A stretch of DNA of 53,728 bases from Thermomicrobium sp. (GTDB lineage: Bacteria; Chloroflexota; Chloroflexia; Thermomicrobiales; Thermomicrobiaceae). The notes beneath the pieces were generated by a model, which made no database searches, had not been told where the DNA came from, and saw nothing but the letters and a program-made list of their open reading frames with translations. A program made the position numbers and the translations under genes. Shown piece by piece: positions 1-9,526 of the stretch. The stretch's first letter is position 1. Each line of letters starts with the position of its first letter. The DNA lies in NCBI GenBank assembly GCA_034435855.1, contig DAOTWO010000347.1:1-53728 (forward strand). The letters run 5' to 3'.

Positions 1-108
1 AGAGCGGTGTGGAAACACCCCGTCCCATCCCGAACCGGGTCGTGCCCCACACCAGCGCCGGAGAGTACTGCGCGGGGGACCGCGCGGGAGGCGAGGCCAC
101 TGCGCGCA
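1..108 (+). rRNA. rrf: 5S rRNA, 5' end truncated by window edge; 3' end approximate
   Basis: Conserved 5S blocks AGCGG..GGAAACACC..TCCCATCCCGAAC, CAGCGCCG..GTACTGCG and GGGAG..AGG; followed closely by a tRNA. Confidence 0.85.
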
Positions 109-145
109 CGGTTGAGCCGACGATCGAGCGCTCCGCTCGCTCCGA

Positions 146-220
146 CGCGGGGTGGAGCAGTGGCAGCTCGCTGGGCTCATAACCCAGAGGTCGTGGGTTC
201 GAATCCCACCCCCGCTACCA
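146..220 (+). tRNA. tRNA-Met(CAT), initiator (fMet) type
   Basis: Cloverleaf CGCGGGG...CCCCGCT-A-CCA; anticodon arm CTGGG-CTCATAA-CCCAG with three consecutive G:C pairs; unpaired 1:72 position; GTTCGAATC T-loop; encoded CCA. Confidence 0.97.
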
Positions 221-221
221 A

Positions 222-255
222 AACGAGCGCCCTCGGTCGTCTGAGGGCGCTCGTT
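222..255. terminator. Terminator-like hairpin after the tRNA, possibly bidirectional with the convergent ADH gene
   Basis: 13-bp inverted repeat AACGAGCGCCCTC / GAGGGCGCTCGTT with an 8-nt loop. Confidence 0.7.
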
Positions 256-303
256 CCGTCTCTCGATGGTACGATGCTAGAGACTCCCTCCCCCCAGGGC
301 CGC

Positions 304-1347
304 TTACGGTACGATCACCGCGCGACCAAAGTACCGCCCATGCTTGAAGTCGTCGATCGCCCGGTTGATTTCCTCTAGGCGATACCGCTGGACGTACACT
401 CGTACCAGTCCTCGTGCGGCGAGGTCCATGAGTTCGCTCAGCTCCCGATAGTTCCCTACCAGGCTCCCAGCCACCGCCATTTCTTGGAAGATCATTTGCA
501 CCGTTGGGATCTCCAGCCGCCCCCCGTACCCGATAATGAGGTGGGTTCCTCCCTTTCGCAGCATCTGCCAACCTTGCTGCTCTACCCCCCGCTCCCCCAC
601 AAAGTCAAGCACAACATGGGCCCCGCCACCCGTCAGCTCCCGCACCTGCGCAACGAGCTCCGGACCGCCCGGCAGAACGTAATCAGCTCCCAGTTCCTTG
701 GCGCGCTCCAAGGCCTGTGGCGCAATATCTACCGCCACGAGGCGTGCTGCCGACAACACGCGCAACACCTGTAGCGCCAGATGGCCAAGCCCCCCAATCC
801 CAATCACTACTGCCCAGCCATCAGGCGGCACCAGGCGCGCTGCCCGCTTGGCTGCCCGGTAGGCGGTCAGCCCGGCATCAGCCAGCGGCGCAACCTCGAC
901 CAAATCAACCTCCTCGGGAAGCTTCACTAAGGCTCGCTCGTTGGTCACCAGATACTCGGCAAAGCCTCCATCCGAATCCAGCCCAGGGAAGCGGCCATTT
1001 GTACAGTACATGTCTTCGCCCATCCGACACGCCAAGCACACCCCGCAGCTCTTCAGCGGGTGGCAGATCACCCGATCGCCCGGCTTGACAGCAGTCACTG
1101 CGCTGCCCACGGCCTCGACGATCCCAGTGTTCTCGTGCCCTGGCGTATAAGGAAGGAGCGTCCCCGCAGGATCAAGGATCTCCCGCCAGACTCCCTCAAT
1201 GATGTGCAAATCGGTTCGGCAGAGTCCTGCGGCAACAATGCGCACAATCACCTCGTTCGGATGCCGAATCTCGGGATCCGGCACCTGCTCGAGTTTCAGC
1301 TCCTCCCGCATCTCTGGGTCATACCGATAGAGTCGTGCTGCTCGCAC
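304..1347 (-). CDS. NAD(P)-dependent zinc alcohol dehydrogenase (MDR family)
   Basis: GLCRTDLH and GHE catalytic Zn motifs; CGVCLACRMGEDMYC structural Zn; GIGGLG Rossmann motif. Confidence 0.95.
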   Translation of the reverse strand: MRAARLYRYDPEMREELKLEQVPDPEIRHPNEVIVRIVAAGLCRTDLHIIEGVWREILDPAGTLLPYTPGHENTGIVEAVGSAVTAVKPGDRVICHPLKSCGVCLACRMGEDMYCTNGRFPGLDSDGGFAEYLVTNERALVKLPEEVDLVEVAPLADAGLTAYRAAKRAARLVPPDGWAVVIGIGGLGHLALQVLRVLSAARLVAVDIAPQALERAKELGADYVLPGGPELVAQVRELTGGGAHVVLDFVGERGVEQQGWQMLRKGGTHLIIGYGGRLEIPTVQMIFQEMAVAGSLVGNYRELSELMDLAARGLVRVYVQRYRLEEINRAIDDFKHGRYFGRAVIVP

Positions 1348-1373
1348 GCTATCCCCCCCTTTTGACGACTGGC

Positions 1374-1397
1374 GGGGCCTGTCACACGACAGGCCCC
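1374..1397. other. Intergenic hairpin between the amidohydrolase and ADH genes (possible mRNA stability or partial termination element)
   Basis: Perfect 10-bp inverted repeat GGGGCCTGTC-ACAC-GACAGGCCCC. Confidence 0.55.
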
Positions 1398-1409
1398 AAG
1401 TTGCCTCCC

Positions 1410-2441
1410 TTAGGCTGCTTGAGCAGCCAATTGCTGTCCGATCGGATCCTGGGCCAACTTCGCCTTCTGCGCGGCGATGTCGATGCCGTAGAGCCGCGCC
1501 GCATTCTCTCCAAGGATCTTCCGCTTGGCCTGCGGCGTCAGATCCACGCCGTACTCCTGCTTGAGATCCTCGGGGAGCTCAAAGCGGGCAAACGCTTCTA
1601 CGATCCACTTGGGAGTCCAGATGGCATAGTCACTGCCGAAGAGGATCTTGTCTTCCCCGACCCAGTACAGGAGGTTGGCCATGATCTCGGCGAAGTAGCG
1701 GGGGCGGGTAGCGATGAAGGCGCTGGCCACGGCCAGCCCGGCGTAGACGTTCTTCTCCTGCTTAGCGATCCAGCAGAAGTCGTCCAGTCGCGGTAAGCCG
1801 ACGTGCTCGACGATGAAGTTGAGGTCGGGGAAATCGGTGGCGGCGTAGTCGATGTCATGGACATCGAAAGCGTCCTTGCTCAGGGGGTAAACCGTAGGAC
1901 CCTTATGGACATGGATGTTCTTGATCCCCAGTTCGCGGCAGAGTTCCAGGTACCGGTAGGCCATGGGATCGGAGAGCTTCCAGCCGCGGGAGCCGTTGTA
2001 CCACTCAGCGGTGTAGAGCTTGAGGCCGCGGATGGGGTACTGCTCGACCATGCGGCGGAAGGTGTCGAACCCGGCCTCGCCCCAGCGGGGGTCGAAGGAG
2101 CCGCAGAGGATGAAGCGGTCGGGGTACTGCTGGACGAGGGCGTAGTTTTGCTCGTGGGTGTTGAAGCCGTTCGTGAAGAACTCGCGGAGGTAGGTGGAGT
2201 TGAAGATGCCCATATCGACATGCCCTTCGAGGAAGAGATCGCGGACGAGGTCGTCAGCGCTGTACTTCATGAACTTCTCAAAGGGCCAGACGGCCTCTTT
2301 GGGGCTAAGCGCGAGATGGTAGTCGTAGAAGCATTTGATCCAGGCCTCGCCCCATTGGTTGCGCCAGTTCTGCGGGCTGCCATCCCAGAAGTGCATGTGC
2401 CCATCAATCACAAAGACCTCTTGCCCATCAACGGTAATCAC
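1410..2441 (-). CDS. Amidohydrolase_2 family protein of the type found in propane-monooxygenase clusters
   Basis: DGHMHFWD, GLKLYTAEW, HVHKGPT, EHVGLPR and LFGSDYAIW motifs; GTG start after AAGGAGG overlaps the upstream stop (GTGA). Confidence 0.9.
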   Translation of the reverse strand: MITVDGQEVFVIDGHMHFWDGSPQNWRNQWGEAWIKCFYDYHLALSPKEAVWPFEKFMKYSADDLVRDLFLEGHVDMGIFNSTYLREFFTNGFNTHEQNYALVQQYPDRFILCGSFDPRWGEAGFDTFRRMVEQYPIRGLKLYTAEWYNGSRGWKLSDPMAYRYLELCRELGIKNIHVHKGPTVYPLSKDAFDVHDIDYAATDFPDLNFIVEHVGLPRLDDFCWIAKQEKNVYAGLAVASAFIATRPRYFAEIMANLLYWVGEDKILFGSDYAIWTPKWIVEAFARFELPEDLKQEYGVDLTPQAKRKILGENAARLYGIDIAAQKAKLAQDPIGQQLAAQAA

Positions 2442-3187
2442 GGCAAGACCTCCTTCCGCTCGCTTTGCCACCACTGTTGCCGACTCTGCAAAAGTGCCTC
2501 ACACAGCGCTGTGCTCGCTCGCAGATTGATGACGGTTGTACGCAGGCGACGGAGCTCCTCATTCAATCGCTCGCGAGTGATCGGCTGCCCATCGGCGAGC
2601 AGGAGTAGTGGTGACTCGGGCAGCATCGGCAACCCCAACTCCGCACGCCGGACAAGGTACCGTTCGACAATCCGACCGCGCACTGGACCACGACGCCGAT
2701 CGTCAAGGACAAGCCAGGCCAGATCCCCCGTGTGCTCGAGCTGCCCGAGTGAGGACTCGACGAGTTCGTCATCGCTTGCGCCAGCGGAGCGCAATGCTTG
2801 GACGAGAACCAGGAGCCGGCTCGCATAACCCTTCACGAGAAACCGGCACCGGAGTTCGTCCAGTTCTTCCTGGGCCTCGGTTGGGAAAAGTTCGCGGAAC
2901 GATCGGCCGGAGGTTACGCCACTCGAGATCTCTTCACTGGCGAAGTGTTCCTCGAGCTCGACCCGCACCGATTCAATTCCTGGGAGTTCAGTCAACACCC
3001 GCCGTACTCCATCGGCCATAAGGTAGACAAAGTTTGGCGAGCACCAGTAGGTTGGGAGACGAAGGACCACGCGGACAGAGCTGCCATCCTGCTCAAGTCG
3101 TTGCACGAACCCCAAGCGAACAATTGACTCATCAAGTTCTGGGTCGAGCACACGCTCAAGCGTTGCCCAGAGCGCGGACTGCTCCAT
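2438..3187 (-). CDS. DUF59 / iron-sulfur cluster assembly domain protein with C-terminal extension
   Basis: VLDPELDESIVRLGFV and LRLPTYWCSPNF DUF59 signature; ATG after AAGGA. Confidence 0.88.
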   Translation of the reverse strand: MEQSALWATLERVLDPELDESIVRLGFVQRLEQDGSSVRVVLRLPTYWCSPNFVYLMADGVRRVLTELPGIESVRVELEEHFASEEISSGVTSGRSFRELFPTEAQEELDELRCRFLVKGYASRLLVLVQALRSAGASDDELVESSLGQLEHTGDLAWLVLDDRRRGPVRGRIVERYLVRRAELGLPMLPESPLLLLADGQPITRERLNEELRRLRTTVINLRASTALCEALLQSRQQWWQSERKEVLP

Positions 3188-3301
3188 CGGCCCGTCCTTA
3201 CCCTTGGGATCGAGAACTGTTCTGATGACCAGTGTACTCCGGGGGAACGTGGTGGCACAAGGCTTGTCGGCGCTTTTGGCAGTATGTGCCAAGAATGGCT
3301 T

Positions 3302-4078
3302 CTACGTGGGAGCGGAGAGTCCTTCTGACAGCGCGAGCTGACGGAGAAGTGCGACCAGCATGTCGCGCTCAACCTGGAAGCGCCGAGTTGGAACGCTGAT
3401 CCCAAGTGCTGCCTGCGCAATCCCCTCCTTGGTTCGCAAGGGAACAGCAAGACACATGGAGCCAAGAGCGTATTCCTCGCGGTCGAAGGCGACGGCACTT
3501 GCCTGGACCGTTGCGAGCTCTCGCTCGAGTGCGGCTCGTCGGCTGAGCGTGTACGGCGTAAAGCGAGGCAGCCAGTCGTTGAGGAGGTACGGAGGCCATT
3601 CGACCGCTGTTCGACCAGTGAGCAGGATCTTGCCAAGGGCGAGTGCGTGCGCTGCGCCACGGAAGCCACGAGTGAGCCCAGGAAGTTCCCGAACACCTCG
3701 GCGTCCGTGAATATAGACCACTTCAATGTCCCGATCCGACCACGTCGCGAGGTACGCCCGGCATCCCGTCATCCGCCCCACCTCGTCGACGAGTGGGCGG
3801 TATGCTTCCAAGTGCGAGGGACGAGACTGCATGTGCTCCAACAAACGAAAGAGCACCGGGCCGGGACGCAGACTCCGATGCGGCTCCGCGACGACGTAGC
3901 CAGCAGCGACCAGCGTGTGAACCAGGTGATACGCCGTGGAGAGGCTAACCCCGAGCTCCCTTGCCAGTTCTTTGACAGAAATATCGGGCTGTCGTTCGAC
4001 GATCAACTGGAGCGCACGGAGGATACGCTCACCGGTGCTGAGCGTGTGTGTTGGGCGAGACTGATGCATGATGGACAA
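3302..4078 (-). CDS. IclR family transcriptional regulator
   Basis: N-terminal HTH (ISVKELARELGVSLSTAYHLVHTL); HALALGKILL; FDREEYALGSMCLAVP effector domain. Confidence 0.92.
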   Translation of the reverse strand: MSIMHQSRPTHTLSTGERILRALQLIVERQPDISVKELARELGVSLSTAYHLVHTLVAAGYVVAEPHRSLRPGPVLFRLLEHMQSRPSHLEAYRPLVDEVGRMTGCRAYLATWSDRDIEVVYIHGRRGVRELPGLTRGFRGAAHALALGKILLTGRTAVEWPPYLLNDWLPRFTPYTLSRRAALERELATVQASAVAFDREEYALGSMCLAVPLRTKEGIAQAALGISVPTRRFQVERDMLVALLRQLALSEGLSAPT

Positions 4079-4570
4079 ACCCTTGCCTCGCTGAATCCTC
4101 TCGGAACTTTACTGCCACATTAGGTGGCGGGGCTTCCACTGTCAAGAGGGGATGGTTCGGCGTTTCGTCGTTGAGCGAGGACCATACGTCCTGTACGTCC
4201 TCCCCCAGTTCTCATGACCGGTTCTTGCGTTGGTGCGCAGCACTGCGGTGGGAATCTGCGCGACTGGTGCTGTGCGAACGAAGGGGGACGTGGTCGCGTG
4301 CGACGTGTCTTGTTCCGGTGCGGCCCCTCGACCTTTGGGGATGCCCAGACTCGACTCCAAGCCCTACCACTGTTACTTCTCCGAAGCGCACACACCGGAG
4401 CTCCGTCCGATTGGGGGCGGCTTCTCTTGACATCTGGATGTCCGTACACTGAGAATAAATCCGACTGGAATGGTCGGGATTCTGCAGTGGCCACCAAGCC
4501 CGGACCAACGGTCGTCCCAGAAGGGGAAAGGCTGGACGGAGAAGACACGACGACAGCAAGGGAGGAAAGG

Positions 4571-5716
4571 ATGCGTCGCCGCGATCTGCTCCGCCTTGGC
4601 GGGTTCGGGCTCGCCGCTGGCATGACGACGGTACTAGCCGCCTGCAGCGGTGGCTCGCAGGCAGCCACGCCAACTGCTATCCCGACGGGATCGCTTTCGA
4701 CACCGACTACCGGCACGGAGAGTACACCAGCTGTCACGCCGACCTTAGCACCGTCTCCCGGTTCCTCCGCTGCTGTATCACGCACTGGAACCGTTACGGT
4801 GTATTCTGGGCGCTCCAAGTCGCTCATCGGCCCTCTCCTTGACCGCATTGGCGAGGAACTGGGGCTGGATGTGCGCGTTCGCTATGGAGATACCGCCGAG
4901 CTGGCAACAGCAATTTTAGAAGAAGGGGATCGCTCACCAGCAGACCTGTTCTTTGGTCAGGATGCTGGTGCACTCGGTGCCTTGGCCAAGGAGGGGCGAC
5001 TGATGCAATTGCCATCGGAGCTCCTTGAACGTGTCCCCGAGCCCTATCGATCGCCGCAGGGTGTGTGGATTGGAGTGAGTGGCCGTGTCCGCACCGTGGT
5101 GTACAACACCGAACGGGTGCGACCAGAGGAGATCCCGGCCTCGATCCTCGACTTTGCCGGGAACGAGCGCTGGCGCGCACGGCTTGGCTGGGCTCCAACG
5201 AACGGTTCGTTCCAGGCGTTCGTGACTGCGCTGCGCCGTCTACGCGGAGAGGACACGGCGCGGGCTTGGCTGGAGGGGATCAAGGCGCTCGCCCCGCGCG
5301 AATTCCCCAACAATTCGAGCATTGTGCAGGCGACCATCAAGGGGGAGATCGAGGCAGGGTTCGTCAACCACTACTATCTCATGCGGGAGCGTGCGCAGGC
5401 GGGCCAGCCGTTGCCGGTGGAGAACTACTTCTATACCAACGGCGATCCTGGTGGTCTGGTCAACGTCGCTGGTATCGGTATCCTCGCCAGTAGTCGCGCG
5501 CCAGATCTCGCAGTGCGGCTGGCGGACTATCTCTTAAGCGAACCGGCGCAACGCTACTTCTCTGAGCAAACGTTTGAGTATCCACTGCTCAAGGGAGTAC
5601 CGGCGCATCCGGACTTACCGCCACTTGATCAGCTCAATCCACCGGCGATCGACCTGTCCGATCTCGATGATCTCCGCGGTACATTGGCACTGCTGCAGGA
5701 GGTTGGGCTTCTGTGA
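4571..5716 (+). CDS. Fe(III) ABC transporter substrate-binding protein (FbpA/FutA-like), Tat lipoprotein
   Basis: MRRRDLL Tat motif, LAAC lipobox, P/T-rich linker, VYSGR and NHYY iron-binding motifs; GGAGG RBS before ATG 4571. Confidence 0.92.
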   Translation: MRRRDLLRLGGFGLAAGMTTVLAACSGGSQAATPTAIPTGSLSTPTTGTESTPAVTPTLAPSPGSSAAVSRTGTVTVYSGRSKSLIGPLLDRIGEELGLDVRVRYGDTAELATAILEEGDRSPADLFFGQDAGALGALAKEGRLMQLPSELLERVPEPYRSPQGVWIGVSGRVRTVVYNTERVRPEEIPASILDFAGNERWRARLGWAPTNGSFQAFVTALRRLRGEDTARAWLEGIKALAPREFPNNSSIVQATIKGEIEAGFVNHYYLMRERAQAGQPLPVENYFYTNGDPGGLVNVAGIGILASSRAPDLAVRLADYLLSEPAQRYFSEQTFEYPLLKGVPAHPDLPPLDQLNPPAIDLSDLDDLRGTLALLQEVGLL

Positions 5717-7350
5717 AGGTACAGGTAAGCGGGCCCACGCTCGAACAGCCAGTTGTCGTCCGGCGACCGCACCGAACGCTGGCATTGGACGAGCTTTGTG
5801 CCATTGCCATCGCGGTCATTGCGTTGGGCCCGCTTGCCTACCTTCTCTGGCGTTCCTGGCAAGGGAGCGAGAGTGCGCTCGCTGCCCTGCAGCATCCGCG
5901 AACCGGTACGCTCCTCCTGCGCAGCCTCGGTTTGGCCGCAACGGTGGCGTTGACGAGCGCTCTGTTAGCACTGCCTCTTGCCTGGGTGACAGAACGGGTC
6001 GCCCTGCCGGGCCGGCGGGCCATGGCCATCCTTTTCGCGCTTCCCATGGCCGTCCCCAGCTATCTCACAGCCTATGCGGTCGTTGCGACGCTTGGTCCAC
6101 GTGGTGCTCTCGCAGGCGTTGCAGAGCGGGTGCTCGGTCTTGAGCGGTTACCCGAGATCTATGGCTTCTTTGGTGCTTGGCTCACGTTGACCCTCGTGAC
6201 TTATCCGTATGGGTATTTGGCGATCCGAGCGAGTCTTCGTGGACTTGACCCGAGCTTCGAGGATGCGGCACGTACGCTCGGACTCACGCGCTTGGCAACC
6301 TTTTGGTATATCACGGTACCATTGCTCCGGCCAGGACTCGTCTCTGGTATGTTGCTCACGGCACTGTATGTTTTGAGTGATTTTGGAGCAATCGCAATTC
6401 TGCGCTATCCGACGTTGACCTACAGCATTTACAACCAGTATCGACTCTCTTTTGATCGAGCGGCAGCTGCCGCGCTGGCGTTACTTCTCGTTGGACTGAC
6501 CTCTGTGTTGGTGCTGGTGGAGCGACAGTGGCGTCAGCGGGCGGCCTTCTTTCGCACTGCGGGATCGAGTCGGCCAGCGTCGCGGGCGCGACCGAATGTC
6601 TGGGCCTGGTTGCTGGCGGGCCTTGGCGTGCTGATCAGCGGAGTGGCCCTCGGCTTACCCGCTGGTGTCGCGCTGTACTGGTGGTGGCGGGCACGCCGTC
6701 TCGGCGAGGCGCTCCCAGATGTGAGTAATCCGTTTCTGCACTCACTCGCGGTCAGCCTGGCTGCGGGGATTGTCACTGTGGCCCTCGCCTTTCCTGTAGC
6801 GCGTGCCGTCATTCGCGGGACGAATTGGCTGACACGACTGATCGATCTTCCACTGTGGATTACCTACAGCTTGCCGGGGATTGTCCTTGCGTTGGCCCTT
6901 GTCTCACTTTCGGCGCAGCTTTTCCCGCTGCTGTATCAGACGCTACCGTTGCTCATCATCGGCTATGCCTTGCGCTTTCTCCCGGAGGCGGTGGGGACAG
7001 TCCGTGCGGTCCTCGTGCAGCAAAGCCCGCGGTGGGAGGAAGCGGCCCGGACACTGGGGTTGCGGCCCTGGCGGACGTGGCTCCGCGTCCAACTCCCACT
7101 CGCCCTCCCAGGGACGCTCAGTGCCATGCTCCTTGTCTTCCTAACAACTCTGAAGGAGCTCCCAGTCACCCTGTTGCTGAGCCCAATTGGATTTACGACC
7201 CTGGCAACGACAATCTGGAACGCAACAGCAGATGCATACTGGTCACACGCTGCGCTGCCGACGTTGCTTTTGCTCGGCACGGGAGTGATCCCAATGGCAC
7301 TCTTCAGCTGGTGGGAGGACCGGACAGTGCGGCGCGGGAGGGAGGCATAG
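5713..7350 (+). CDS. Fe(III) ABC transporter permease (FbpB-like, two EAA loops)
   Basis: EDAARTLG and EEAARTLG motifs, SDFG, many transmembrane segments; GTGA overlap with the upstream gene. Confidence 0.93.
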   Translation: MKVQVSGPTLEQPVVVRRPHRTLALDELCAIAIAVIALGPLAYLLWRSWQGSESALAALQHPRTGTLLLRSLGLAATVALTSALLALPLAWVTERVALPGRRAMAILFALPMAVPSYLTAYAVVATLGPRGALAGVAERVLGLERLPEIYGFFGAWLTLTLVTYPYGYLAIRASLRGLDPSFEDAARTLGLTRLATFWYITVPLLRPGLVSGMLLTALYVLSDFGAIAILRYPTLTYSIYNQYRLSFDRAAAAALALLLVGLTSVLVLVERQWRQRAAFFRTAGSSRPASRARPNVWAWLLAGLGVLISGVALGLPAGVALYWWWRARRLGEALPDVSNPFLHSLAVSLAAGIVTVALAFPVARAVIRGTNWLTRLIDLPLWITYSLPGIVLALALVSLSAQLFPLLYQTLPLLIIGYALRFLPEAVGTVRAVLVQQSPRWEEAARTLGLRPWRTWLRVQLPLALPGTLSAMLLVFLTTLKELPVTLLLSPIGFTTLATTIWNATADAYWSHAALPTLLLLGTGVIPMALFSWWEDRTVRRGREA

Positions 7351-7352
7351 CG

Positions 7353-8507
7353 GTGCATTCGGCAGCAGTCCGGCTGGCCGGGGTGTGGAAGTGGTATCCC
7401 GGTCACCAGCATCCGGCGGTGCATGATCTCTGGCTTGAAGTGCGAGGGGGTGAACTCCTCGCTATTCTGGGGCCAAGCGGCTGTGGGAAGACGACAACGT
7501 TGCGGCTGATTGCCGGATTGGAGCGACCAGATGCCGGGTCAATCGAGATTGCTGGGGTGTTGGTAGCTGGGGGCGCTCGGTTCCTCCCGCCGGAGGAACG
7601 AGGCGTTGGACTTGTTTTCCAGGACTACGCACTCTTCCCGCATCTGACGGTGGAGGAGAACATTGCTTTCGGACTCCATCGTCTGGGACGGAGCGAGCGA
7701 CGGCAGCGTGTCGAGGAACTCCTGCAACTTACTGGACTCGGACCCTTCCGGAAACGCTACCCGCATCAGCTCTCTGGGGGGCAGCAACAGCGGGTCGCGA
7801 TCGCCCGAGCACTCGCTCCGCGACCATCCGTGCTGCTCTTGGATGAGCCTTTTGCCAACCTGGACGCGGAGCTCCGGCAGCGAATGCGGGAAGAATTGCG
7901 GCGGCTGCTGCGGGAGCTTGGTGCGACGGTCGTGCTTGTGACGCACGATCGCGACGAAGCGTTGTCGCTGGCGGACCGCGTTGCGGTCATGCTCGGTGGG
8001 ACAATCGTGCAAGTCGATACACCGGAGCGGGTGTATCACGAACCAAAGACTCGCGAGGTAGCCCGCCTGCTTGGGCAAGCGACCTTCGTTCCCGCCCGGG
8101 TACTCGGGACGATTGGTCGCAGTGATCTCGGTCCCTTTGCACTGGAAGGGGAGCGGGCGCCTGTCGAACAGGTGGAGCTCCTGCTGCGTCCACGAGACGT
8201 GGTGTTGGAGCCGCATCCAGAAGGGCTTGGGGTTGTGGTCGACCGACGCTTTGTCGGGGCCGAAACGGTGTATCGAGTGCTCCTGCGCTGCGGCATCACG
8301 GTAGAAACGAGCCAGCCGCCTTCCGTCGAGTTGGCGGTCGGGGAGCGGGTCGAGGTGCGATGCAACCGAGCGCGGCTGGCTGCGTTCGCCGGAAGTGAGC
8401 GGATTGGTTTGGCCGCGCTTTTGGAGCGCGTTCGCGAAAAGACCGATGAAGCAGCCGAACGTGATGGTCGTCGCACGAATGCCGTTGTGCCACCGGGAGC
8501 AAGCTGA
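7353..8507 (+). CDS. Fe(III) ABC transporter ATP-binding protein (FbpC-like)
   Basis: GPSGCGKTT, LSGGQQQR, LLLDEPF and C-terminal TOBE region; GTG start after GGAGG. Confidence 0.93.
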   Translation: MHSAAVRLAGVWKWYPGHQHPAVHDLWLEVRGGELLAILGPSGCGKTTTLRLIAGLERPDAGSIEIAGVLVAGGARFLPPEERGVGLVFQDYALFPHLTVEENIAFGLHRLGRSERRQRVEELLQLTGLGPFRKRYPHQLSGGQQQRVAIARALAPRPSVLLLDEPFANLDAELRQRMREELRRLLRELGATVVLVTHDRDEALSLADRVAVMLGGTIVQVDTPERVYHEPKTREVARLLGQATFVPARVLGTIGRSDLGPFALEGERAPVEQVELLLRPRDVVLEPHPEGLGVVVDRRFVGAETVYRVLLRCGITVETSQPPSVELAVGERVEVRCNRARLAAFAGSERIGLAALLERVREKTDEAAERDGRRTNAVVPPGAS

Positions 8508-8617
8508 GGGTGCTGGCGCGGTGACAGGTGGAGCTCGGCGATCGCATGAGGGGACCCTCATCGTCGCGTGTGGTGCTTGACCAGGAGAATCCAGGCGATG
8601 GAATCCATCACTCATGG

Positions 8618-8645
8618 AATACGCATAAGCGCACTTATGCGTATT
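8618..8645. promoter_or_regulatory. AT-rich palindrome, candidate operator or hairpin upstream of the hyp operon
   Basis: AATACGCATAAG-CGCA-CTTATGCGTATT, perfect 12-bp arms. Confidence 0.45.
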
Positions 8646-9133
8646 TCTCTGGAGACGGCAGCCCCGGGACACCCTACGATTCCGCTCCAGTGGCTTCGTT
8701 CGAGCTCCTTGCTTCTCGTCTGTTGCTGAGGTCGTTCGGCAGAATCGTCTGCTGCGACATCACCGAGAGCTGGATGGCGAGCGAGTGCTCATGATGCCGA
8801 TCGTGTGGGATCCTTGCAGAAGTGATGCACACATATGGGGTGGACTGTTCTGGCGAGCCAGAGACGTCCCCTCCGTCACCGCACATGCCTCCGTGGCATT
8901 CAGCAGGACTCCCGCAAGGCATCATCGGCTCTTACCCTCTCCTCCGCATTTTCTGTGGGAGAGCTTCTGTCGAGTTCGTCTGCGTGGGGCGGCGATGCGG
9001 CTGTATCGAGTATCATCCTGTTGAGTGCAGTAGAGTTCTGTTCATGGGACCGCGGTGGTCAACCGGTTCGAGGTGCAGGCCTTCTCATTCTGATCTGTCG
9101 TGACCACCTGAGGCTTTTCCCCGGAGGAAACAA

Positions 9134-9526
9134 ATGCACGAGCTCTCGCTCGCCATGGCTCTCCTCGAGGCGCTTACGGAGCGCCTGCAGGACCGGTCGG
9201 AGGTTCGTGTCACTACCGTGTACCTCCGGATCGGTCCGCTCGCTGGCGTCGTCGACTCTGCGCTCCGGTCGGCCTTCGAAGTCGCCGCGCTTGGTACCTG
9301 CGCTGAGGGGGCTCGGCTTGTGATCGAGCGCACACCCCTCGTCGTCCGCTGTCGCTTGTGCGAGCATCAGCAGCAGCTCGATGAAACGGACGGCGAGGAG
9401 CCTCATCCTCTGCTATTCGGGCTCGTCTCTCTCCCGTCGGCCTGCCCTTCATGCGGTGCTCCGACGCTCGAAGTCGTCGGCGGCGACGAACTCGATCTGG
9501 TGGCAGCGGAGGTGGTGCATGGCTGA
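9134..9526 (+). CDS. hypA: Hydrogenase maturation nickel metallochaperone HypA
   Basis: MHELSLA N-terminus; CRLC and CPSC zinc motifs. Confidence 0.95.
   Translation: MHELSLAMALLEALTERLQDRSEVRVTTVYLRIGPLAGVVDSALRSAFEVAALGTCAEGARLVIERTPLVVRCRLCEHQQQLDETDGEEPHPLLFGLVSLPSACPSCGAPTLEVVGGDELDLVAAEVVHG

Noticed and set aside
7..378. 123-aa ORF on the + strand
   Set aside because: Overlaps the 5S rRNA, tRNA-fMet and the ADH 3' end; spurious.
1803..2828. 341-aa antisense ORF
   Set aside because: Shadow of the GC3-biased amidohydrolase and DUF59 genes; no motifs.
146..4078. Genomic island integrated at tRNA-Met
   Set aside because: No integrase and no repeat of the tRNA 3' end were noticed in the window.
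4407..4460. TTGACA upstream of the Fe ABC operon as a promoter
   Set aside because: TACACT is only 12 nt away and the 17-18 nt options are poor -10 matches; no Fur/DtxR box was recognised.
4214..4570. N-terminal extension of the iron-binding protein ORF
   Set aside because: The RBS and Tat signal define the start at 4571.
8528..9103. Short ORFs in the gap before hypA as hydrogenase gene remnants
   Set aside because: No hydrogenase motifs or convincing RBS seen.
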